Counted from the first letter of the whole stretch, positions 26,322-40,958 are shown. The stretch is 63,254 nt of DNA, filler included, from Welwitschia mirabilis (GCA_051453625.1; 6 parts of one record of this genome joined end to end with filler, not necessarily neighbours in it); one strand, 5' to 3'. Translations and numbers: made by a program. The notes: generated by a model not told the origin, from the sequence alone.

Positions 26322-27785
26322 AATTCTATCTCATATTTAAATTTGTTGTATAATTTTGATTTATCATTTAAACATTGTATTTATTATTTTAAACTTTCAT
26401 ACATGTAATACTTTAGGAAAGGCCTTCAAAAAATTTTAGCTTTATTGTGTGCTTTTAAATTAGATTTTTTTAGAAGCATTTATTGTTTAAAACCTCATAA
26501 GTACTTCCACTTGTATAATCATCATCTTAAACATTTTTAGATAGGAAACTTAAAATTTCATCCTTGTAATTAAACAAACCATTATCACCTTATATTTCAT
26601 CTTCCACCATTCTCCATTTATTACCACCTAATAAAATTCATCAACAACTCTTCTTCTCCATTTATCTATGAATTCTTTACATTATGTGATCATAGTTAAT
26701 AACCCTTAATTATAATAAACTATTAACAAGTGATCACTTTATCATTTTAAGCTATGTAGAATTTAAGTTTACTTGTAGTGTTTTTGGAAAAGGTTTTGCT
26801 TATTTTCAAGTTAACTTATTAAGATTTAATTTCACTTAAGATATAATTTCACTTAAGATTTTTTAATTAGAAAATATGGTTAAATTAAGGTAAAATCTAC
26901 TTTCATGATAAGTGAATTGCTTTCAAGCATTTTATGGGGAGAAAATTTATCTTAATTAGGTTAATGAGTTAATGACCTCTTCATGTGTATTAAAAATTAT
27001 TAAATATAAGAAATATTATTAAAAGAAAATAAAAGTATCTCCTTTCTAAAAGAATATTATCTATTGATCATTAACAAATTAGGTTTACTTAACTATATTA
27101 AGGCTATGAACTTGTGCCAGTAATGTGGCTCTAAAGATTTAATTTATGACATGTTCAACTATATCAGGGCTATAGACACTCACTGGTAATGCATCATTGA
27201 CTCCTTCATTTATTAACATGCTTAATTCTATCAAAAAAAGATGTCATAACATTAGATTCTAATTAGATTAAAATATTTAAAATAAAGAATAAAGTATGAT
27301 TGTAGAAAAGATAAATTGAAATGAAAAACATGGAATTAGAAGATTCTTTTATATCCACTTTATTTAACCTATGTACTTGAGAAATTTTCAATACATGTAG
27401 CTACTAATTTAAGTATTCTATCTTTGAAATTTGTAGATTGATAGATTTTATTTAGGTTTTTTATTTTGTTTTTCTTAGATTGCAATATGGTTTTCCTTGA
27501 ATATGTGCTTGATCATCATGTAATAGCCTAATTAACTTGTTCTCAAAAGCCTTATATAAAATTTCCTGTCTTTGTAACTTTGAGAAAAAAGTTTAATTTT
27601 GGTTAGGAGGTATGACATCCACTTCTATACAAATCTTTTTTTTATTTTCATACCTAGTTATCAAAAATTAATTAAAAAAATTCTACAAAACCTTATATCA
27701 CTTTCTTACTTACCACTTTTACATAGTCAATTTTTCTATATCACCATTTCTTCATCAATATTTTTATAAGGGACTATCAAAATAC

Positions 27786-29108
27786 TAATAAGAGTGTGTG
27801 TTTACATGCTAAAATTAACATTCTGTGCAAGTTCAATTGAATAATTTAGCATAAGAAGAAACATCAAAATGCATTTTTATCACATATTAATGTTTTTTAC
27901 GTTTTTTATTACATTTCATGAAATCATCAAGTTCCCTTAACATTAGCAAGTTAATTTCTACCTTCTCATACATTGTGCAGAAATTGAGTAAATAACAGCA
28001 TCAAACACCAATGTCATTAGTTAGGACTACTAGTGCTACTAGCTTTCTAAGGCAAAATGTCAAAAAACTCATGTCTCTTTATCTTCTTAGGGAATTAAAT
28101 ACATTTTACTTATGGGATTAGTCAGATAATAAATCAGATTTAACCTTAATTCTAGTGATACATGGTGAAAGTACAAATCAACATGTTGTAGTAACATGTA
28201 ACATAAAAAGGATGATTAAGACAAAGGCACATGACATGACATCCATTGATAGCATCATTAGCAGTCAAACGATACATCGTCATCATGTTTAAACTTGAAG
28301 ATAAAGGAATCCTCTTTATAAGTACATGTCAAACATATTTGTAACTCCCTCCTTATGTAACCATTCTTAAGTAATGCCCCCTCATGTAACTGCCACCTAA
28401 TGCAATTATGACAAAACTTCACAATCCTTTTCTTATCTATAAATGATCTTAAGTATTCATTGTAAATATCTTTAATTTGGCTTAATATGGAAAGGACTTT
28501 TAAGCTACAACATCATAGTGCTCTAACACTCTTTCTTGGGGATAGAATGATTTGAGGCTAGTTAAGGAGTTCTTCTTTTTCTTCTTCATTAATGTATTGT
28601 ATAATTAGATTTATATTTTAATATAGAACTAGTTTAAATCCTTTCATTATTATTGTACAATTTATTTGGCATTAGCAATATTTAGGTAGGGCTAGTTCTA
28701 GAATTAGTCTGAACTCTTTCATTTTTATTGTACATTACTATGGAATTAGTAATATTTATATCAAACTAAATCTAAAAGTGTTTTATTCTTAAATTATTAT
28801 TGCATAATCATTTAGCATTAAAAATTTTTAGATTGTGTTTACCTATTTATTAATTTTAGGATATAAGAATCATTGAAGTAAAGGAGGAGATTTGGATAAA
28901 TTACTAGATCCTTAAAGCATTTCTATTTCCTTGCATTGCTAATCGAAGATTACTCTTTTAACTTTCTAATTTTCATTTTGTTTAAGTTTTAATCCAAGTA
29001 AAATTAGTTTTGTATCTTTTAATTAAGTTTCCATATATATCCCTATGAAAGAATGATAACTAAGTGCAAACTTAGTTTTAAATCCAAATTACTATAAAGA
29101 TACAATCA
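27786..29108 (+). repeat. LTR-like sequence of a second Athila-like family (boundaries approximate)
   Basis: Blocks at ~28510-28585 and ~29040-29100 resemble ~31870-31950 and ~32450-32515, which precede a PBS. Ends ...ACAATCA. Confidence 0.5.
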
Positions 29109-29199
29109 CTCATCTTGTCTAATTAGCTACTATAATCATTAGTCATATGAAATTTATGTGAGATATTACATATGACAAATCAAAAGAGGAGTAGTTAGT

Positions 29200-29650
29200 T
29201 TTTAATAAGATATTTACAAGTGAAGGCACCCTCTTTATTTGAAGCATATTCAACATTAAGTGCTATACCAAAAAAATTAAAGGACTTGATAAGTAAAGAG
29301 AATAAGTACTCATAATACTTGGCTTCAACTATGTCTTTAATATTGCTTAAATATATAACTAAAGAAATGTGGTGAATGAAAGAATGAATTTATTGAGAAT
29401 CCTTATCATCCATAGTGGCATTATTCTAAAAATCTAAGACTTCTTTTTTAAAGTACTATTTGTCTTTCTCTTCTAACAAATAGCTCCAATTCCTAGCTTT
29501 AATCCTATCTAGATAAAATGATGCATAAAAAAATAGAACAAATGAGAAAATATCTTCTTCAATAAAGGAATATTGTTTCTCACTCATGACAATATGCAAA
29601 GGCAAAAATGAAGAAAAAAGAAAAGAAGAAGAATGAGGAAGAAAAGAATG
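29200..29650 (-). pseudogene. Remnant of an Athila-type extra (env-like) ORF
   Basis: Minus strand ~29400-29520 translates FYLDRIKARNWSYLLEEKDK*YFKKEVLDF*NNAT, resembling the W...Y...VxEFYxN motif. Confidence 0.45.
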
Positions 29651-31299
29651 AGGAATTTAGAAGTTAAAATTAATTGGAAAAATACATAAAGCCAAGAAAC
29701 AAATAGATTTTTGAATTTAAACTAAGCTTACCAATAGACTTTAATGATACAGAATGTTGTAAAAATGCTTTATTTAAAATATAGAAGAAAAAACAAGCAG
29801 TGGCACTAGGGAGAGTAGGAAGTGATAATAAGTAAGTATGTAGAAATAGATCAAGCTTAGGTGATGCTATGGAGACAAATGTAGAGGTTATAGGAAATAG
29901 CTGTGTATGGTGTAGGACAATTTTAAAATCATGGATTTTATAAAAATGGGATAAAATGTAAATCATTAGATAAACCAGTTTCATCAATGTTTTAAACTAA
30001 TTTTCCTTAAATATAGACCTGGATAAATGGGCTAAATGTTAAAAAACATAAGATGTCTTTGGTGTGTCTCCTAACATAAGGAAATCTATGATGTTATGAA
30101 TTGAAATAAATGGTGAAAGTGACAATGGATGAACGAAATGAAAGAATGACTAAAATGGTTGAATAATGAATCCTACCATACATACTATGAAAAAAGAAGA
30201 CTTGATGAATACAAGTTAATGGCTTAAAGTTTTTTAGTTTTATACTTTGTAATGGATATTTTGTGAAAACAAAGAAAGATATTAATAAATAAATTTTGCA
30301 AAATCATAAGTAGCTAAAGAATCTCAAGTTAAATTTGTTAAAATAATAACATCAAAATATTTAACTAATTCCATATTAATTTCATTCCATTTTACTTTTA
30401 CTTCCATTGTTAACCATGTTTCAAGAATCTAATCACACTAAGCATTTAGTGTTATGGTACTTCCATCCAACAGATTTAACATGTTATACTTGAATAATTT
30501 AGTACTACATTATTAGTAAGCATTTATATTCTCAATGTAGTTAAATATGTTACCAATTAATTGTTAGAGCTTCATTGTCAATAGGAATTCATAGCCTCAA
30601 TTAAATTAAATAAACCTAATAGAAATGATCATAAAATAATGTGCTAGTGAAGAAATTTAAGATTTTTCTCTTTTTTTTAATTTTCTCTTATTTTTCTTCT
30701 CTTTTTTTAATTCATAGCATGGATCCATTTTCTCATTAGCCTAATAGAGAAGTGTTCTCATCATCATGAATAGTTTGAAATGAAGAAATACCATGAAAGA
30801 AGAAAAACCATTTTTTTATTTTAAATTAAAAATTTCAAATTAATGAAAATCTTAGTAGAGAACTCAAAAATTTAAACCACTAAATCATAAAAAAGTAAGA
30901 NNNNNNNNNNNNNNNNNNNNNNNNNNNNNNNNNNNNNNNNNNNNNNNNNNNNNNNNNNNNNAATGAGACCATTAACTAGGGTCATTAAGTCTTATGAACT
31001 CATAAGAAGATGAAAGGAGTGGGTAAAATATGGATGATATGGGATTTTGAAAAGATGATTTAGATGGGTAAGAAGCATTAAGATAAGAATTGGATAATAA
31101 TGATTAGTTTTTCCTATGAAAGAAGCATCCTTCAATACATATTGATTTTATACAAATTGATTCAAAAAGCTACATTACTAGAAAGCAAGTTGTTAACATG
31201 TAAAAATTAATGTTTATGTTAAATGTTTAGGCCAATTTAGTATAAACAAGGATATTATATTAGTTTTTTAATCATAAAATATCTCTTCTATGTATTTTT

Positions 31300-34200
31300 T
31301 AAAATAAAATTTAATATTTTTTTCTCCATGGTAATTGGAAATATTTATCCACATTTGGAACACATAATGCAAGATGGACACAATTTTACACAAAATAATG
31401 ATGGCAATAAAGACATGAGGTGGTAAGATGTAACAGTAGCATTAGAAGACATTTGATAGAGGTATGTAAAGGTGGCACTAGAAACATCTGGTAATAACAC
31501 TAGTTGCTAAAGGAATCTGGCTCCAAAAAACATGTGTTAAACTCATCATGAAAAAGATTTCACCTAATTCTATATGATGATCTCTACCAAATACTACAAA
31601 ATAACCTTACCAAATTCTACATGACAAATATTATACCTAATACTAGAGTACGTAATCTCATTTACCTAGTAGCTACAAGACAATCTCTACTAAATGCTAC
31701 AAGATAGAATCTTATCTACCTAGTGCTAAATGACAAATATTCTACCCAATGCTATAAACTAAGATCTTGTAATCATCTTTGACCTCCATATCTCTCTATA
31801 AAAGGGCCTTAAACCTTTTATTATATTTATCTTTACCTTCGGAAAATTGTAGCACTTTGGAGCATTAAATTATCATGGTTTTCTAGGCAACTCTTTAGGG
31901 GAGTGAGCTAGTTTTTAAGGATTACTTAAGGAGTTCTTTCTGCTTTCTTTTTTCTTTGCTATAATGTTGTTCTTTCTATAATGCAAAAGTTGTTTTCCTT
32001 TGATTTCAAGTAATAAGTAAAATTATAATTAGAATACTTAGGTAATTTATTTAATTATTAAGTTCATTTTAATTATGTGAATTTCTCTTTATCACTTAGT
32101 ATTTTAATTTCATAGATCTTGAGTACTTTAAAAGTCCTTACTTTTTATAGTTATTTAAGCCTAAGATGTTGACTAGATTCATCATTTATCATATGATGGA
32201 TGAAATAATGCCTCATTAATTAGACCAAAAGCACTTGATGATTTTAATTATTTTACAAAAAGATAAGTTAATAACATTGGAGTGGATACTTGCTTAGGAT
32301 ACATTGGTAATACCTTAGAGCTAGTTTTCTTTACTCGTTTCTAAGACAAATTTTAATGCAATTATAAAATATCTTCTTCTATTTTCTTTCTTTTTTTAAC
32401 TTTCTTTAAAGTTAAAGTAGTATAAATCTAAACCAATACTCCCTGTTATCCTTAAAAAAGAATGATAGCTAAGTTTAAGTTTTCAACTTAGCTTAAATTC
32501 AGATATCATACTATGATTAAAAAATTTTGGTATTGTTGCTAGGGATAACAATATCCTAATATTCTTTTTGCAAGTTTTATACATAGTTTTTATTTCTCCA
32601 GTAATAGCTACTACATAGTTTTTATTTCTCTAGTGATGGGTACTAGTTCTTATTTCAGTGATACCTTAAGGGTCCTTTTTCTTTTTACTTTGTGTATTTA
32701 AATGATTGGTACTAGTCATTCTAGTGTTACTTAAATTGTCCTAACTTATTTTAAGGTTTATTTTTCATTTTATAACTTATTCTCTATACGTATAACATTT
32801 TTTTATAGGTTTTTTTGGAGTAATAAAAACTTAACTAAATGTTTTATTGTATGAATTTGTTTTCTTGCTACATCATCTACATTCTTATATTTCTTTTTCT
32901 ATATTTTACGACATGCATAAAACATTAATATTCTATTAAAAATCTCCTCATGATTTTATTATATTTGCCTTAATTTTATTTACATTTATCATCTTTATTT
33001 TATTTTTTTATAACCCTGATACTGCATTTGTTCTGCATGTAATCAATGAACATATCTATAAAATTAGAATGAATACTCCAAACTTGACTAGTGTTGCTAT
33101 CTTTTCTCACTTTTTTTATTGTCCTTCTAGCTTAAAATACCCTGTTCTCTTAACTCAGCCCTTTGTGAAAACTCAAAACCTTATGTAACTTGCAAGCTCT
33201 ATCAAAAATCTCTTATAACTTATTTAAAACCTTATGAATCTATTGCTTGCATGATCTAGACCTGTGAAAAAATAAAAAGATTAGTCCAAGATAACATGGA
33301 CTTCTTTACTAATCATGAAAGAATGAAATGACTTGGATCTCAAAATGAAAACTGAGCTTGAGATGATTCTTAATAAGATCAAATGTTAACCTTACAAAAT
33401 AACCAAATTAATCACACTAGTTTACCATAACATCATGATTCAAATGATCCATTCAACCTTCAAGATCCCCTTAATGGACCTTTATCAGATCAAAAAATGC
33501 TTAATAGATCAATAGCTTACTATTTCATCTAAAAAGTAGCTAAATAACAAGTTGTCCTCACCATAATTACTAATCAACATACAAAAACCCTTCATGATGC
33601 CTCCAATGGCAAAGCCTAGGAATACGTTCTTGTATAGTGTCTCACCTACTAATCAGAGGCTAGAATTCAAACCCTCCACTATTTAACTCTTGCTTCATTT
33701 TCATGACCTTAAATCTAAAGATTCATATATCCACCTTAAGAAATTTAAATGCATCTTATTAACTATCCCTTAGTATCCTAACACTTATGATGCACTGAGG
33801 CTTATCTTATCCTCCTTTTCCCTAAAAGAGAAGATGAAATCCTAGATGTACATCCTACTAACCTACTTCATTACAAATTGGACAAACTAAGTAAAACCTT
33901 TATTCTAAATTTTTTTCTAATCATACTACAAATGTCCCTAGAAAATAAATCATGAATTTACAATAAAAGAATTACGAAACATTTTCCTAGACCTTGAAAT
34001 GATTTAAGAACCTTCTATTTAAATGGCCCCAATATGGTTTTGAGTTGAGTAGGAAAATTAGTTTTTTCTATGATGGTTTATCCACAAATAATCATAAACT
34101 AATTAAGATGATAAGTCAAGGTAATTTTTTAAACATGCACCTAGATAAGATTTGGAAGTACTAAGAAAGTGTAGCTAAGAGTTTGAAAAATTGAGAGAAA

Positions 34201-35870
34201 CCTATCAAACCTTCAAGATCTCATCATCATATTAGATTAAAAAGTGTTTTTAAGATCTTATAAAATTTTAAGGTAAATAATAAAATAAATAAATTAGTAA
34301 GTAAAGTACAATCCTTAACCACCTCACTTTAACCTTCAACCATGATTACCGAGCCTGAATGTTTGATTTTCCACATTGATACCCATGAAACAACCAAATG
34401 TTCTTCCATCTCCTTATTTCAAAATACTATCAACAAAAAGATTTAGGTAGTAGGATAATAGTGGAAAAATATGAAAAACAATTCATTCTCTAATACATAT
34501 AACCCTCGGTGGAGGAATCAGCCTATTTTTTGTTGGAAGTAAGACAATAAAATTAATTAAGTAAGAAATACATATGCTTCATCCTTCTTTCATCCATTTC
34601 AAACCAACTACCTAAAACCAAATTCATCAAACTCATTAGAGAAAATCCTCAAAATCTTTATGGAAATACAAACACAAAAAAAATAAAGACTTGAATAAAT
34701 AAATCAAAGACTTAAATAGAGCATAAATGAATACCAACAAACCACCACTCACATCCTTTCATCAATAAACCAAAGGAAAATAAGAAATATTCTAATGAGT
34801 GCTCAGCTAAATTCAAGAAAGTTAGATTTATTAAAGAAGAGTCAAGACACTTAGAACAAACAAAAGAAATTCATCTTAGAAGTGGTATAAAGATTAACCA
34901 ACATTTAATACAAAATAAATATAAATATGAGGAAAAAGTAAATGAAAAATACAAAACTTCTTATCAAGAATTTTTACCTTCACTCAAGCTTTGAATAAGT
35001 AAAAGGTAATAGACTTAGAAGAATTGTTTCCTACATACAAAGAGCCTTTGTATTTTCCAAACATCTTAGAAAGAAGAACATTAACAAATAGCAACTTGAA
35101 ACACTAGATATTTTTAAGGAAGTTAAAATCAACATAGCTCTTTTAAAAATAACGAAAAAAATGCCTTATCATGCAAAATTCCTTAAAAATATATATATAT
35201 ATCATAAAAAGATTCATGAAATGTTAAAAGAAAAACCTTCTTAGCCTAGCAAATAAATGTAATCATCCAAAACCAGATTTTGTATCAGTACAAAGATCCA
35301 GGTTGTTTCACTAGAGGCATGACAATTAGAGATAAAAATATTAGGAAAGCATTATTAGATTTAAGAATTAGTGTTAATATTATACTTCATGATATTTACA
35401 AGGAACTTAGCTTAAATAACCTTAAACACACTAAAATCTAATTGCAATTAGAACATAGTCCTTTGAAGTCACCATTAGAAATAGTTGAGGGCATAATAGT
35501 TTAAGTTAATAACTACTATTTCTTGGTCAACTTCATAGACATAGAGATGGACATAACAAAATGCAATTCATTGCCTATTATTTAGAAAGACCTTTTGTTG
35601 CAACTTTAAATGCTTTAATCAACTATAGGAATGGTCAAATGAAAATCTCATTTGGCAAGATAACCTTAAATATTTTTAATGCAATAAAATTTCTAAGTGA
35701 TCTAAAGAGTCCAATTGGCTTAATGAAACTTAAAACTTTGAATGTACTTCTTCTAAGCCCAAATATTTCACATCATTTACTATTAATTGATTATCTATTC
35801 TCTGATTCCAAATCTAATAGTCACAACCCTTTTGAGTCTTTTACAATAACTTATCCTAAAAACTAGATTT
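31300..35870 (+). mobile_element. Degenerate Athila-like element: LTR-like region (~31300-32520), PBS, gag (~33600-34200), protease (~35290-35690); no RT/RH/IN seen
   Basis: PBS at 32528. Gag remnant FH.LKSKDSYIHLKKF at ~33700. KDPGCFT...KALLDLRISVNII at ~35290-35380. ORF 35561 contains LERPFVATLNALINYRNGQMKISFG. Confidence 0.8.
32528..32545 (+). promoter_or_regulatory. Primer-binding site, tRNA-Asp type (Athila)
   Basis: TGGTATTGTTGCTAGGGA differs from TGGCGCCGTTGCCGGGGA only by six C>T/G>A transitions. Confidence 0.75.
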
Positions 35871-36177
35871 TTTCAAGGATTATTTTCTCATAAGAACCCC
35901 TCCACATCATTATCACTTATTCCACCATCCTTTCTAACCTTGTCATTCATCAAACCCATTGTCAAACTACTTCATAAAACCCATAAATCATCCGCCCAAA
36001 CCATCAACCCATGAGTTTATCAGGCTTATTAATCTATATTAAAGGTACTTAAAACAAAAATCAATAATAAGTAGTTATGCTATCATCTAAATAATAGTTA
36101 AGATCAACTTTACTTATGGGTTTTTAAGGAAAAGTACACTTATTTTAAGTAGTTTAATTAAGAACACATTTGCTTAG

Positions 36178-36421
36178 TGTTGTGGTGTGTATTTGTGCAA
36201 TAGTTCACATTTCAATTTCAATCNNNNNNNNNNNNNNNNNNNNNNNNNNNNNNNNNNNNNNNNNNNNTTAATTAATTAANNNNNNNNNNNNNNNNNNNNN
36301 NNNNNNNNNNNNNNNNNNNNNNNATTGTTAATTGTCATAGAAACTGAGCATTTATCTGTTAGTTGATCTACAAAACAACTCAAAATACCCTATCAAATAC
36401 ACTTAAGTTGGCGTCGCAACA
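36178..36421 (-). mobile_element. Athila-family insertion (solo LTR or whole element collapsed in a gap) with a 5-bp TSD
   Basis: Both LTR termini present: TGTTGTGGTGTGTATTTGTGCAA at 36178 and ...GTTGGCGTCGCAACA at 36421. CTTAG flanks both sides (36173-36177, 36422-36426). Confidence 0.88.
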
Positions 36422-37149
36422 CTTAGATAAAGTAAGGTATTTTAATTAAAACTACAAGTAACAAAGTTTCTTGAAAATGGTACTATTCTAATAATTCTTA
36501 AATTTAAACCAAATTAAAATGACAAAACATAAAATGGTCTTAAAATGACAAATTCAAAGAAGAAATACATGTTAAAAAGCTAAAGAAAAAGTAATTTTAA
36601 ATATGATGAATCTAAGAATGTACTTAAATCAAAAAAGATGAAGATGAAACAAATTCAAATGAAACCAAAAATTAAAAATTGAAAAAAAAAATCTAAGTAT
36701 GTAACTGAGTTAAAATTGAAGGATATTTTAATCAAGTTAACACAATTCATCTAGTAACTATTAACTTGATAACAAAACACAAAATGAAATGTTTTATTTT
36801 GCATCTAAAAGATGCATCATTTTATTAATTAGTAAAATACTATAAGAAAAAAATCATTTCTTTTAATAAAAAATCATTATATCAAAATAGAAATCCAAGA
36901 AAGTAAGAAGTGTAGTAAAACACTTAAGTTCACATAGGCCCGAGTCTATAAACTTAGGCAGGATGAACCTCCTGCCTACATGCTTGTCAAAAATATTATT
37001 TGTAATAATGATTAACTTGTAAATTATTTAAATTACTTATTTAATTTAATATAACATTTGGTTTATATTAAAAATTAAGTTTACCATTGCTTCTCATTTC
37101 TACTATTTATGTGGCAACCTCCAATATTTGTACATTTAATTTTAAAAAT

Positions 37150-39692
37150 AGTGATTTCATAACATGATATTAAAGCCTTTAAACTGAATCAAACATGAGA
37201 TTTGAGTATTCCTACTTTAATAATTATTTTGAATAGCTTTAACCCTCTCACATAAAGCAAATTAAAATAAAGGTAGTTGTCCAAATTTGATGGCTTATAT
37301 TCTAAATATTTCCACTAGCATTTAAGAGAGTTTAAAACCATTATTTCAACTATAGGAGATCAAGGTAAAGTAGATGGAATGAAATTTTTTTATTTTCTCT
37401 TTATTTTCCTTTTTTTAAATAATTTTGATGTGTTAAGGAGTTTTAATGGGTTTCCAAGATGTAATTTTTTAAAAAGTCACATGTCAAATCTCTCTATGAA
37501 TTAATTTAACTTAAAAGAAAAACCAAGAACTTTTAAGAATAAAATAAAGAACCTTTTCAAAATACTTTAAAATTTTTTAGATATATATTAAATATATTTT
37601 TAATGCTTTATAGATGTACTAAATAGATGTCCACAACATGGTTTTAAGGTTTGAAGATTATTAAGTTTTTTCTATGAAAGGAGAACTACATAAAATAAGC
37701 AACTAATAGAGATGATGAATGATAGATTATTTCATATCTAAAGAGTCATGTGAAGCATAAAATACTTGCAAAACATATGTAAAATATTTAAAAACTAGGA
37801 AATACCTTTAGAAATATAGATATAGCTAAATAAACCCAATCTTATAAGAGAATAGGATAATAAATATAAGTTAAATGAGAAAATGGAATTATACAAGAAG
37901 TTAGATTACATCACTAAGAGATTATATAGTCTTAAACCATTTAAATCTTGAACAACTAGTGTTGGAGCTATATTTGCCATCTGTACTTCTAATGAAACTA
38001 AAATAGGAAAGCATCTCTCTATTCCACTCTACAAAGAGATGGAAACTAAATAAGTAAACATTATACAAGCAAAGAGATCCTTTTTAGGATAATAATAATA
38101 TAAACCATCATTTCCTTATGGAGATTCTTACAACTTGAATAGGAAAAACCACCCTTGTTTCTCATGGAAAACACCATAAAATGAAATATCTACTTCAAAA
38201 TCACCTAGTTAATATTTTAGTAAACCACTAAAGGACATTTGTAAATAATTCATGGAATTTCAATTGGCCAAAAGCAAAAAAAGAAGATAAAATTACCAAC
38301 TAAGCATCTAAATATGCCAACATTTATAATAATAATTGAACCTATTTTATCAAACTACAATTCCCTTGTTCACCACAATTAACTAGAGATAAAATGATAA
38401 GCTTTTATCCAAATTTTTTCTTGACCTAAAATTTGTTAATGTAGTTGAATCACAAGGAAATATTAAAGGAGCTAATTCTACATTATTTAGAAGTGGTACC
38501 CAAATAAATGAACACATTTAACTATTCAAGGAAGTTACTTTTACATCTAATCCTAAGCTGCAAATAACACCTAAAAATAAGAGAGACAAAGAGGATGACA
38601 TGGATAGATTTAGTTGTGAAGAACTAGTAAATGCATCATCTTCCCAATCCATTACATGATAAAGAAAAACATAGCTTGAAGAAGAATACCTAAACAATCT
38701 TTAAAAAAGTGAAAATAAAAATTCCTCTTTTGGATATTGTCAATAAAGTTTCTTCTTATGCTAAATTTCTTAAGGATATGTACATGATAAAGAGAAACAT
38801 CAATGTTAATAAGATTTCATTTCTATCCCAAGAAGTAACTACCATAGTTTAAAATAAAGAGATCTAGTTTGCTTATCAATTCCATGTGTCATAGATAATA
38901 AGAAGATAGATAAAGCCTTACTAGACCTAGAAGCTAGTGTAATCTTAGTTTCCTATTCATTATGTAAATAACTTATTTAAAAGACTAAAAAAAATTAGGA
39001 TGATCTTGCAACTTATTAACCACTTAACAAAGATTCTCAAAGGTATAGTGAAAGATGTCTTTATGTAAATAGATAAATTTTACTACCTAGTATACTTTGT
39101 AGTATTAGAAAAGGTAGACAATCCAAGAGTATTTCTTCTTATATTAAAAATATCATTCCTAGTCACCTTTGAATCTCTAATTAACTAAAGAAATGGAGTG
39201 GTAAATACGTACTTTAGAAATATGGATAAAAAATTACAAGTTTTCAATGCAATGAAAAAGAATCATATGGATGATTTTGAAGTTCTAAACTTAGTTGTAA
39301 TAGATAAGGATAAAATCCTTTAATCTTATTTTTCTTAGAAGATCATTTAATATGTAAATCTCACCACATACTAGAACTTACCATTGAAAGAATCCCCTCT
39401 ATAAGAAAGAAAAATTTTAAATTTCACCACATGTAACACAAAAATAACCTTCTCCTGAAGAGTGTATCACTAGTATTTCATATAAACATTTTCTTAAATA
39501 CTAAAATATGCATTTCTAAAAGATAATCAGTCCAATAATATGATAATTACAAACTTAGGATTGAAAAAGTATTCTATAGGAAAGAATAAATTTGAATAAT
39601 ATATGCTAGTTCCTCCACTTTAATGATTCTTTTTTAAACTACTAAACTATGTGTAAGACCTCCATCGAAATGTTAACCTATTAAATTGTATT
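37150..39692 (+). mobile_element. Internally deleted Athila-like element: gag, protease, then integrase C-terminal part
   Basis: LSKFDGL...HLREFK (~37275), RCPQHGF (~37625), YNLNRKNHPCFSW (~38130), KALLDLEASV (~38910). Jumps to KTSIEMLTY*IVF (~39655-39692), resembling integrase YKTPIGMSPYRLVF. Confidence 0.8.
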
Positions 39693-40958
39693 TGTTAGGA
39701 CCAATTATCCTAAATGGAAGAAATGAATAAGATAGCTAATGTACTTTTTATCATTTGATTATTTAACACTATGTTAGCACAATGTAATTTAGCATTCAAT
39801 TTAAATAATGGCTAGTGTTAATTCAACTATGATAATAATTCATATAATTAATTATGGAAATAATTATTTATCACATAAAATTTATCTAAACAATAAAGAT
39901 AAATAGGCACAAGGCAATGAAAACAAGCCTATTTTTCTTTACTTTGAGTGTAGCCTCCAACTACATTTCAATGAGGCATTGTAGTAGTCCTTTAGCTTAC
40001 AAGGAGATTTTACACCAATCCTTAGCTTCTAAACCAAATAGATGTAACAGTAGTCATCCACCTTATAATGAGACTTTATAAAAATCCTCAACATCTAAGT
40101 AAGCTTGAATAGCTGTAATTACAATAAGGAAAAGTATAAAGTTCATAAAAAATAATAGAACAAATATAGAATATGTGTTATTACATAATTAAGCTAATAG
40201 AGAGAGATATAATCCTTGCATATGTATGTGCATCTATATATATAAGTGCAATTAGGTTTTGATTATATAGAGGATAAATTCTACCTATTATAAATTATGA
40301 TTATAAGATATGTGACTATTGGAACCTTTAAAATAGTTAGTTACCCTTTTATTACTTTTGTCTAATAGTTAAGTGTGTTGTCTAAAAGCTACTTTTATCA
40401 ATGACTATAATTGCAATCAATCCCTTTGAGGTGTCAGTCAACCTCTCTTATTAGTTTCTTTATTTTCGTATTACATGGTTGACCTTTGATAGAATTTGGC
40501 AATCTCATAATTTTATGTTCTTAAAATATTCTTTGAGTAGTTAACCTTAAGATAGAATTGGCTAAGCTCTTAGTGGTTAATATTTAATGCATTTGAATGA
40601 CCTCATTAGGAAGTATTACAAAAGTATTTAAGTGGTGTAAAATTCTTCAAATGATTAACCCCATATAATAGGCAATAAACCCCTTATTGAAAATTCAATT
40701 TTTAGCTACAGTATGCAATTGATCCTTCAATGATAGGCAGTCAATTCCCTAGTGAAATTCTATGCTTACAACTATAATAGATGATCAACCCTTAGCAATA
40801 AACAATCAACTTTTAAAGTGATTTTTCTTTATTTTCTCCTTTTTATTTATGTATCCAAGCATCCAAATGTTCTTTAAGGCCTACACAAATAATGTAAACA
40901 TTAGATTCAATTTATTAATATTTAGTTTGTCATCAATTAACAATCAAGAAGTGTAATA
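39693..40958 (-). repeat. 3' LTR of the gag-only element
   Basis: Plus strand starts TGTTAGGA, aligns end-to-end with 43788-45028, and is adjacent to the PPT (CTTCCCCTTT on plus). Confidence 0.85.
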
